Shown one piece after another: positions 33,651-42,000 of a stretch of DNA of 64,000 nucleotides; the first letter of the stretch is position 1; each line of letters opens with the position of its first letter. The notes under the pieces were generated by a model, which was given only the letters and a program-made list of their open reading frames with translations, did not search any database and had not been told where the DNA came from. The position numbers were made by a program, and so were the translations under genes. Origin of the DNA: Candidatus Coproplasma avistercoris (GTDB lineage: Bacteria > Bacillota > Clostridia > Christensenellales > Borkfalkiaceae); the NCBI GenBank assembly GCA_018711385.1, contig DVIK01000058.1, positions 585 through 64,584 of the forward strand, read 5' to 3'.

Positions 33651-34888
33651 ATATGTATGATTTGGCAAAAAAAGAATACGCCGAAAAGGGCGTGGATACC
33701 GAAAATGCAATAAATTGTTTAAGGGATATCCCCGTGTCAATTCACTGCTGGCAGGGCGACGATGTAATAGGATTGGACGGCGGCGGAGCTCTTTCGGGCG
33801 GCATACAGACTACGGGCAACTACCCCGGCAGGGCGAGAAATTTTGAGGAGTTAAAGGCCGACATAAAAGAGGCGTTCTCGTTAATGCCCGGCAAAAAGAG
33901 ATTGAACCTTCACGCCAGCTATGCCGTTTTGAACGGCGAACAGGTAGACCGCAACGCCTACCGCCCCGAACACTTCAAGCCTTGGGTTGACTTTGCAAAG
34001 GGGCTCGGGCTGGACGGCATAGACTTCAACCCCACAATGTTCTCACACAAAAACGTAAAGGACGGGCTTACCCTCTCTTCGCCCGACGAAGATATAAGAA
34101 AGTTCTGGGTAGACCACTGCATTGCCTGCCTTAAAATAGCCGAATATTTCGCGGACAAGTTCAACTCGCATTGTCTCGTAAATATTTGGATACCGGACGG
34201 CTTCAAGGATGTCCCCGCCGACAGGCTCACGCCGAGATTGAGGCTGAAAGACAGCCTGGATAAGATACTCGCCTGCGGCTACGACCACAGCAAGGTAGTG
34301 GTAGCGGTGGAGAGCAAGGTGTTCGGCATAGGCGTGGAGAGTTACACGGTAGGCTCCAACGAGTTCTATCAGAACTACGCGGCAAAGAACGATATCTGCT
34401 GCCTTCTGGATAACGGCCACTATCATCCGCTGGAATACGTATCGGATAAAATTCCTGCGCTTTTGGCCTTCTATGATAAGCTCGCACTGCACGTCACGCG
34501 CGGCGTAAGGTGGGATTCCGACCACGTAGTTTTATTCGAAGACGAACTCAAAGAAATCGCAAAGGAAATCGTGCGCAACAACGCGATAGATAAGGTGATG
34601 ATAGGTCTGGACTACTTCGACGCAAGCATAAACAGGTTGTCGGCGTGGGTAACGGGACAGCGGTCTATGGAAAAGGCTCTGCTGTATGCCCTGCTCATTC
34701 CACACGACAAGCTGAAAAAGTTGCAGGACGAGAGCAACTTCACCGAACTTATGGTTGCGCAGGAAGAGGTCAAGGATATGCCCTTCGGCGCGGTGTGGAA
34801 GGAGTATCTCTCCCGCGAGGGGCTTAAAGAGGACTACCTCGCCCCTATACGGGCATATGAAAAAAATGTATTAAAGGAAAGGAAGTGA
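33647..34888 (+). CDS. rhaA: L-rhamnose isomerase
   Basis: 413 aa. ATGA overlap with the rhaB stop. PVSIHCWQGDDV and later metal-site motifs are typical of RhaA. Confidence 0.85.
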   Translation: MNMYDLAKKEYAEKGVDTENAINCLRDIPVSIHCWQGDDVIGLDGGGALSGGIQTTGNYPGRARNFEELKADIKEAFSLMPGKKRLNLHASYAVLNGEQVDRNAYRPEHFKPWVDFAKGLGLDGIDFNPTMFSHKNVKDGLTLSSPDEDIRKFWVDHCIACLKIAEYFADKFNSHCLVNIWIPDGFKDVPADRLTPRLRLKDSLDKILACGYDHSKVVVAVESKVFGIGVESYTVGSNEFYQNYAAKNDICCLLDNGHYHPLEYVSDKIPALLAFYDKLALHVTRGVRWDSDHVVLFEDELKEIAKEIVRNNAIDKVMIGLDYFDASINRLSAWVTGQRSMEKALLYALLIPHDKLKKLQDESNFTELMVAQEEVKDMPFGAVWKEYLSREGLKEDYLAPIRAYEKNVLKERK

Positions 34889-34891
34889 ATT

Positions 34892-35779
34892 ATGGGATTT
34901 TTAGACGATATCAAAAAGGCGGGTAAAGACCTCGCCCGCTCGCTCAAAGACGTAAAAGAAGCGCCTTTCGTGCGCGAGATGTGCAAAACGGCATCGAATA
35001 TGTATCGTCTTGGCTGGGACGAGCGCAACGGCGGCAACATCAGCTATCTTCTTAAAGAGGAAGAAGTGGCGCAGTATCTTGACCTGAACGAAGTCATCCG
35101 CACCATACCCCTTATGGGCGTGAACGAAGTGGACTTCGACGCAAGCCCGCTCGAAGGTAAGATATTCATAGTCACGGGCACGGGCAAGTACTTCAAAAAC
35201 GTGGAGGACGACCCCGAAACCAACCTTGGTATTGTCCGCATAGGCAAGGGCGGCAAGGAAGTAGAGCTGTTGTGGGGCTTTAAGGGCGGCGGCAGACCTA
35301 CTTCGGAATTCCCCGCACATATGATGAGCCACATGGCGCGCCTTTCGGTAGATCCGGAAAACAGGGTGGTAATGCACTCTCACCCCACAAACACGCTTGC
35401 AATGAATTTCGTGCACGAGCTTGACGAAAAGAAGTTCACTCATTCCCTCTGGGAGATGTGCACCGAGTGCATAGTTGTGTTCCCCGAAGGCGTGGGCGTG
35501 CTGCCATGGATGCTGTGCGGCACTGCCGAAATAGGCAAGGCGACCGCTCAAAAGATGAAGGAATTCCGCCTTGTGGTATGGGCAATGCACGGCATATATG
35601 GCGCGGGCAAGACGCCGGACGAAACTTTCGGCCTCATCGAAACGGTTGAAAAGGCGGCGCAGATTTATATGCTCACCGCGCACCTGCCGAGGGTTAACAC
35701 AATAAAGGACGAGGACATGCTCAAACTTTTAGAGCTGTTCGGGGTCAAGAACTACCGCAAGGATTTTCTTGACCTCTGA
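34892..35779 (+). CDS. rhaD: rhamnulose-1-phosphate aldolase (class II aldolase)
   Basis: 295 aa with WDERNGGNIS, TGTGKYF and the His cluster MHSHPTN. Confidence 0.85.
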   Translation: MGFLDDIKKAGKDLARSLKDVKEAPFVREMCKTASNMYRLGWDERNGGNISYLLKEEEVAQYLDLNEVIRTIPLMGVNEVDFDASPLEGKIFIVTGTGKYFKNVEDDPETNLGIVRIGKGGKEVELLWGFKGGGRPTSEFPAHMMSHMARLSVDPENRVVMHSHPTNTLAMNFVHELDEKKFTHSLWEMCTECIVVFPEGVGVLPWMLCGTAEIGKATAQKMKEFRLVVWAMHGIYGAGKTPDETFGLIETVEKAAQIYMLTAHLPRVNTIKDEDMLKLLELFGVKNYRKDFLDL

Positions 35780-35838
35780 CGGGCGGGTGAGCTATACTTA
35801 AAAAGGGATTTGCCCAATAAAGTTCAGGCGGTCAACGC

Positions 35839-37032
35839 GTGTTTGGTCTTCTTGTCGCGGTCATATATTTAAGTTTCATAAGCCTGGGCCTTCCCGATTC
35901 CCTGCTCGGCGCGGCATGGCCGGTAATGAGCGGCGAGCTGGGCGCGCCCATAGGGCTTGCGGGCGTAATTTCGCTGATAATAAGCGCCGGCACGATAGTT
36001 TCCAGCCTGCTGAGCGACAGGCTTACAAAGCGCTTCGGCGCGGGAACGGTAACCGCGATAAGTACTCTGCTCACTGCGGTTGCGCTGCTGCTGTTCTCCT
36101 TTGCATCGGAATTCTGGCAGCTCGCGCTGTTCGCCATACCTTACGGCCTCGGTGCGGGCGGTGTAGACGCGGCGCTCAACAATTATGTGGCGCTGCACCT
36201 TAAAAGCCGCCACATGAGCTGGCTGCACTGCATGTGGGGCGTCGGCGCTTCGGTCAGTCCGTACATAATGAGCTATGCGCTTGCCGGCGCGGGCGGGTGG
36301 AGCCGCGGCTATCTGATAGTGGCTATAGTGCAGGGTTGCATAACGCTGATGCTGTTTTTAAGCCTGCCGCTGTGGAAAAGGCCGGTCGCGCCAGGCGTCG
36401 TCCCTGCGGCAGAGGGCGGGAGGAATTATTCGCGCCGTCCCGTTCCTCTGAAGGAGGTTTTCCGCGTGCCGGGCGCAGCCATGTGCTTTTTGTGCTTCTT
36501 TTGCTACTGCGCCCTCGAATCGAGCACTTCGCTGTGGGCAAGCAGCTACATGATCGCGCACGGCGGCTTTTCCGAAGAGCGCGCCGCAATGTTTGCCAGC
36601 CTGTTCTTTATCGGCATCACTGCGGGCAGGGGCATAAACGGTTTTCTCACGTTCAGGTTTTCCGACCGCACGCTCATCCGCGCGGGCTGTGTGCTGATGG
36701 CCGCGGGTGTGGCTCTTATTATTCCCTCTGTATCCTGGCTTACCATAGCGGGATTTGTAGTGCTCGGGCTTGGCTGCGCGCCTGTGTATCCGGGCATAAT
36801 CCACTCTACGCCGTCGCTGTTCGGCGCGGATAAGTCGCAGGCGATAATAGGCATGCAGATGGCGTTTGCCTACATAGGCAGCCAAGCCTCGCCGCTGTTC
36901 GGCGCAATAGCTCAGGCGGCGTCCCCTGCAATACTGCCTGCTTACCTCGCGTTTTTCCTTGTGCTTGTGGTCGTATTCCATGAACTTACGGTGCGCGGGG
37001 CAAGGCGCGCAAAGCTGCAAAAATCGGAATAA
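35839..37032 (+). CDS. MFS transporter (candidate rhamnose or rhamnoside-related permease)
   Basis: 397 aa with about 12 TM. GTG start at 35839, which is the first start after in-frame TAA 35818-35820. The substrate is inferred only from position in the locus. Confidence 0.7.
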   Translation: MFGLLVAVIYLSFISLGLPDSLLGAAWPVMSGELGAPIGLAGVISLIISAGTIVSSLLSDRLTKRFGAGTVTAISTLLTAVALLLFSFASEFWQLALFAIPYGLGAGGVDAALNNYVALHLKSRHMSWLHCMWGVGASVSPYIMSYALAGAGGWSRGYLIVAIVQGCITLMLFLSLPLWKRPVAPGVVPAAEGGRNYSRRPVPLKEVFRVPGAAMCFLCFFCYCALESSTSLWASSYMIAHGGFSEERAAMFASLFFIGITAGRGINGFLTFRFSDRTLIRAGCVLMAAGVALIIPSVSWLTIAGFVVLGLGCAPVYPGIIHSTPSLFGADKSQAIIGMQMAFAYIGSQASPLFGAIAQAASPAILPAYLAFFLVLVVVFHELTVRGARRAKLQKSE

Positions 37033-37083
37033 TTGCCGCATATGTGCGGTTCAATTATAAAAATGATATTCAGGAGGAATCAT

Positions 37084-38232
37084 ATGTCTAATCGTATCGT
37101 ACTCAATGAAACAAGCTATCACGGCGCAGGCGCCATAAGGGAAATTCCGGGCGAGGTAAACAGGCGCGGCTTACATAAGGCTTTCGTCTGCTCCGACCCC
37201 GATCTGGTAAAATTCAAGGTGACCGATAAGGTGCTGGACGTGTTGCAGGAAAATAACCTTGCTTACGAACTTTACTCGGATATCAAGCCCAACCCCACGA
37301 TTGAAAACGTGCAGACGGGCGTTGCTGCATTCAAAAAGAGTGGTGCAGATTATATCATCGCAATCGGCGGCGGCTCCTCAATGGACACCGCCAAGGCAAT
37401 AGGTATAATAATAGCCAACCCCGAGTTCGGGGACGTGCGCTCTCTCGAGGGCGTGGCTCCCACAAAAAAGCCTTGCGTGCCCATAATCGCCGTACCCACC
37501 ACGGCTGGCACCGCGGCGGAAGTTACCATAAACTACGTAATAACCGACGTGCAGAAGAAGCGCAAGTTCGTCTGCGTTGACGTACACGACATCCCCGTCG
37601 TCGCCGTAGTCGATTCCGATATGATGAGCACTATGCCCAAGGGCCTGACCGCCGCGACCGGCATGGACGCGCTCACACACGCAATCGAGGGCTACATAAC
37701 CAAAGCCGCGTGGGAGATGACCGACATGTTCCACTTAAAGGCGATAGAAATAATTTCCCGCTCTCTTCGCTCTGCCGTAAAGGGTGAAAAGGAGGGCAGA
37801 GAGGGGATGGCGCTCGGCCAGTATATCGCAGGCATGGGTTTTTCCAACGTCGGCCTCGGCATAGTTCACTCCATGGCGCACGCGCTCGGCGCGGTATATG
37901 ATACACCCCACGGTGTGGCAAACGCCATTCTTCTGCCCACGGTAATGCGCTACAATGCGGAGGCCACGGGCGAAAAATACCGCGACATTGCCAAGGCAAT
38001 GGGCGTTGAGGACGTTGATAATATGACTCTGGACGAGGCGCGCAAAGCTGCCTGCGATGCGGTAGCACAGCTTTCAAAGGACGTTGGCATACCCGAAAAT
38101 CTCAAGGGTATAGTGAAGGAGGAGGACATAGACTTCCTCGCACAGTCTGCCATGGACGACGCCTGCCGCCCCGGCAACCCCAAGGATCCCACCAAGGAAG
38201 ATATAGCCGCTCTTTACAGGTCGCTGCTGTAA
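37084..38232 (+). CDS. fucO: lactaldehyde reductase / L-1,2-propanediol oxidoreductase (iron-containing ADH)
   Basis: Start ATG 37084 after CAGGAGG (MSNRIVLNETSYHG...). GGGSSMDTAK and His-rich metal motifs. Confidence 0.85.
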   Translation: MSNRIVLNETSYHGAGAIREIPGEVNRRGLHKAFVCSDPDLVKFKVTDKVLDVLQENNLAYELYSDIKPNPTIENVQTGVAAFKKSGADYIIAIGGGSSMDTAKAIGIIIANPEFGDVRSLEGVAPTKKPCVPIIAVPTTAGTAAEVTINYVITDVQKKRKFVCVDVHDIPVVAVVDSDMMSTMPKGLTAATGMDALTHAIEGYITKAAWEMTDMFHLKAIEIISRSLRSAVKGEKEGREGMALGQYIAGMGFSNVGLGIVHSMAHALGAVYDTPHGVANAILLPTVMRYNAEATGEKYRDIAKAMGVEDVDNMTLDEARKAACDAVAQLSKDVGIPENLKGIVKEEDIDFLAQSAMDDACRPGNPKDPTKEDIAALYRSLL

Positions 38233-38296
38233 GCGGCCAAGCCGGCGCCATAAGGTGCGCGGATGTATATACAAAAACATACAAAAGAAACATATT

Positions 38297-38327
38297 TCCC
38301 GCCGTTTTTGCGGCGGGAGTTTTTTTG
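38297..38327 (+). terminator. rho-independent terminator after fucO
   Basis: Stem TCCCGCCG/CGGCGGGA followed by a T7 run. Confidence 0.8.
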
Positions 38328-38338
38328 TATAAAGAAAA

Positions 38339-38697
38339 CCCCCGGATAGTCCGGGGGGGGGTCAAAAAAGGCTACGCCGTTGAGTAAAGAAAAATTTCTT
38401 GATGTGATGCTGAAATTGTGTAAAAGAAAGGGGGGAGATAATAGAAGCATGATTTTATGTCCGGGTCATATACACATGTTGGTGAATATCCCCGCCGAAG
38501 TACAGTATAGCAACATTTATCCGGATACTTGAAATAGAGGAGCGCGTTAATGATGTTTGACTTGCGTTGCTTAAGCGGAGCGGGTAGCGCAGGCGGCACA
38601 GCCGCCCGGACAGGCGCGGGTGTGGCGGATTGTGTCTGAAAGTGTAAAATTCTTGACTTTCATCGGGGGGGGGGTACAGTTATATCCATAACTGCAT
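38339..38697 (+). mobile_element. decayed IS200/IS605-family element remnant (about 360 bp)
   Basis: Hairpins lie at both ends (CCCCCGG-ATAGT-CCGGGGG at 38339-38357; ACAGTTAT-ATCC-ATAACTG at 38675-38693). The tnpA fragment lies inside. G9 (38353-38361) and G10 (38665-38674) tracts lie near the ends. Confidence 0.45.
38380..38565 (+). pseudogene. IS200-type Y1 transposase (tnpA) fragment with frameshift and internal stop
   Basis: My translation gives ...LSKEKFLDVMLKLCKRKGGDNRSMILCPGHIHMLVNIPAEVQYSN..., which matches the ...PDHVHLLVSIPPK.SVS... core. A shifted frame gives GYLK*RSALMMFD, matching GYLKGKSSLMIFD. The N-terminal HxxYH region and the C-terminal Tyr region are absent. Confidence 0.6.
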
Positions 38698-39030
38698 TTT
38701 CGTTACCGCTCTGCGGGGAGTGTTTTTTGATATGGTTATCATGCATAAAAATTCATGCCGCCGTATTCGCCGGCCTTCCGCATGCAGCGGCGGGGCTGTG
38801 CGCTTTTTGGCAAAATATGCCGAAAATCGCAAAAAAAGTATGTCAGAAATTGGCATACGAATGAAATTTATAGTTAATGTTACAAAATTACATAATATAG
38901 CTATTTGCAGAAACGTCGGCCCTGTCCTTGTATTTTTTTGAATAATATGCTACTATGATACGCGCGTAAGAAGGAATTGAATTTTTCGGCGGCGAAGCGT
39001 GAGAGAGTTGTTTTGCCCGCCGTGTCCGTG

Positions 39031-39050
39031 GCGGCGCGCCGACGCGCCGC
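39031..39050 (+). promoter_or_regulatory. perfect 8-bp GC hairpin in the 5' UTR of the giant lipoprotein gene
   Basis: GCGGCGCG-CCGA-CGCGCCGC, 12 nt upstream of the AGGAGG RBS. Confidence 0.4.
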
Positions 39051-39072
39051 GACATGGTTTTAGGAGGTCATT

Positions 39073-42000
39073 ATGAAGAAATTCTGGCTCTTGGCCATTC
39101 CCGCCGCGTTGTGTGTGGCGGCGGTAGTTTCGGCGTGCGCTTCCGACGAAACTTACAGGGTCGTTTACATGAACGGCGATGAAGTGTTTTTCAGCGCCAA
39201 GGTAACTGCGGGCGAAGAGCTGCCCGTGCCCGAAAACGACCCCGAAAGGGCGGATGAGGGCAACATAGTGTATACATTTGCCGGCTGGACGGACGACGCC
39301 GAAGGCGGCGCCGACGACATAGTGGATCCGGGCGAAGTGACTTCGGTCACCTCCGACCTTACATATTACGCCGTGTTCGACGCTGTCAGCTACTACACCG
39401 TCACTTTTGTGGACGGCGTTACCGGCTTTACCATAGATGAGCAGAAAGTTCCCGCGGGAGGCGATGCGGAGGAACCGGAGAAGCCGGAGCATGAGGGCTA
39501 TGAATTTGTGGAGTGGGACGGTTCTTTTACCGATATCTCAGCCAGAACTACTGTCACCGCCGTATATAAAAAGCTCTCGTATACTCTTTCGCTCGACGTG
39601 CTCGGCGTCATAACCGAAACGCCCGTGGAATACGGCGCCGCGCTTGCGCCCGCCGCACCCGCAACGGTTGCGGGCCTGAAATTCGACGGCTGGTATATAA
39701 AGGGCGAAGAGGGCGAACCTGTGCCCCTTTCCGAGGCGTATGCAAGCATGCCTGCGCATGCCGTTGAAGCCTATGCGGAATTTTCTGTCGACTGGACGGG
39801 CGTGGGCATCGCTTTGCCCGCAAACGCCGTATACGGCGGCGAGGGCGCAACGATAGCGCATCCCGCGTACGGCAATATGACTTATACGCACATCTGGGGC
39901 GACGAGTCGCGCGGCGACAGTTATGTGTTCGGCGGCGCGGGGCTGCAGACGGTGTCTGCCACCGTCATAGCTGTCTTCGAAAATGAAAACGGCGCTTACA
40001 TATCCGAAAGAAGGTCGTTTGAAAAGACGGTAAATGTGGGCAAAGCCGAGCTTGAAATAACAGCGTCTGTCGCCAACCTTTCGAACGGCTCGGTAGTGTA
40101 CGGCACTGCGCCCGCGGCGGAGTTTACGTTCAGCGGATTCGTGGGCGAGGACGACAGTTCCGACCTCGGCTCCGTCTCCGCGGTTTATACATTTGAAAAC
40201 GGTCAGCCCGCCGACGCGGAAAAGCTGGAGGCAGGCGCGTATATAATTTCCGCTTCGCTCGAAGACGACAACTATGTTGCAAACGTAAGAACTTCAAGAT
40301 TTCTTGTTAAGCCCAGGGATATAACGCTCACGCTCACCGCAGGCGACATAACTTACGGCGCGCAGCCCGAATTTACTGTTTCGGCGGATAAGTCGCAGTT
40401 CGCATACGGCGAAGACATCAGCGTGCTCAGGCAGGGCACCGTCGTCATAAAGAAGGACGGCGCCGTTGTAAGCGGAAATCTTGCCGCAGGCAGCTACACT
40501 GCCGAAACGGACGGCTATAAAAACGCCAACTATAACGTAATTCCCGGCACGGCGCAGTTCACCGTAAAAAAGGCGGCGCTCATCGCAACGGTAAGCGTGC
40601 AGGGCAGCTGCGAATACGGCACGGAGGTAAAACCCGGGCTCAGTTATGAGGGCTTTGTGTTCGGCGACGACGGCAGCGTCGTGGACGAGAGCGCGCTGAA
40701 ATTCACATTCAACGGCGGCGATGGAGGAAAGCTCGGCGTCGGCAGCTACACGGTTGCGGCAAGCGGCGCTACGGCGGCGAACTATGAAATAAGTTATAAG
40801 GAAGGTTCGTTCGAGGTCACGAAGAAGACGCTCACCGTGACTGCGGAAGCGGAGGACTTCACCTACGGCGGCAGGCCCGCGCCCGAAGCGGAGTACAGCG
40901 GCTTTGCATATGGCGAGGACGAAACCTCGCTCGGCGGCAAGCTTGCGTTTGCATATGAAAAGGACGGCGTACCCTTCGAGGGCGCCTTCGGTGCGGGCAG
41001 CTACACCGTAAAGGCGGGCGGCCTCACCTCCGGTAATTACGATATAAATTATGTCGGCGGCACTTTTGAAGTTTCAAAAGCAAAGCTCACCGTAACGGTA
41101 AGCGTGGAAAACAGCTACGTTTATGCCGACGCCATAACGCCCGAAGTGAGCTACTCCCCGTTTGCAAACGGCGATAATGCGGGCTCGCTCGGCGGCAAAC
41201 TTGCGTTCAGTTATAACGGCAGCGCGGCGGAGGGGTACCTCCCCGTCGGCAGCTATACGGTGACGGCGGCGGGCCTCGCCTCCGATAACTACGAAATAGT
41301 GTATGCCTACGGCAACAACTCCTTTAAGGTAACGGCGCGCACCGTGACCGTCACCCTCAGCGAAGGCGCCGCCAGCGGCAACGTTTGGCAGTACTCCGAC
41401 TTCGGCAAGGCGGGCGTTCTGTCGGGCCTGCCCGAAGGCTTTGCCTTTGCGGGCACGCTCGAACTCAACAAGACGGGGGAAGGCACCTACACGGCAAAAG
41501 GCGGCAGCCTCGGCAACGATTTCGAATGGGCGCGGGCATGCTCCGTAACGCTCGGCGGCGAGGACGTTACTGCAAACTTCGCGTTCGAATACGATATCTC
41601 CGTAACGCTAACCGACAGCCAGTTCAACATCACCTCCACGGGTACGGTAAACACCCCCTATACGGGCAAAGAGATCGCGCTCGGCACGGGCATAGTTGTG
41701 CAGGGTGCGCCCGACGATATGCGCATAACCTATTCACTGAAAGAGGAGGGGGAATATGCCGAAGATATCCCCGTCGGAGTGAATGCGGGCGTATATACCG
41801 TATATTATAAGATAGCGGCGGAAAATTACGAAGATTACAGCGGCTCGTACACCGCAACCATCTCCAAGGCGAACAACGAGATAACTTTTGCGGGCTACGG
41901 CGAGTTCACCTATACGGGCGAGGAGCAGACATTCCCGCTGGATAAGTTTTCGGCAACCTTCGGCGAGGTCAGGCTCGCAGAGGGCGAAAACAAGGGCACC

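Noticed and set aside
38700-39072. c-di-GMP (GEMM) riboswitch upstream of the adhesin-like gene
   Set aside because: GGCAAAATATGCCGAAAATCGCAAA resembles pieces of GEMM-I only superficially. I cannot build the two conserved hairpins with the tetraloop/receptor and the GGGACGCAAAGCC-type core. A cmsearch with RF01051/RF01786 would be needed to revisit this.
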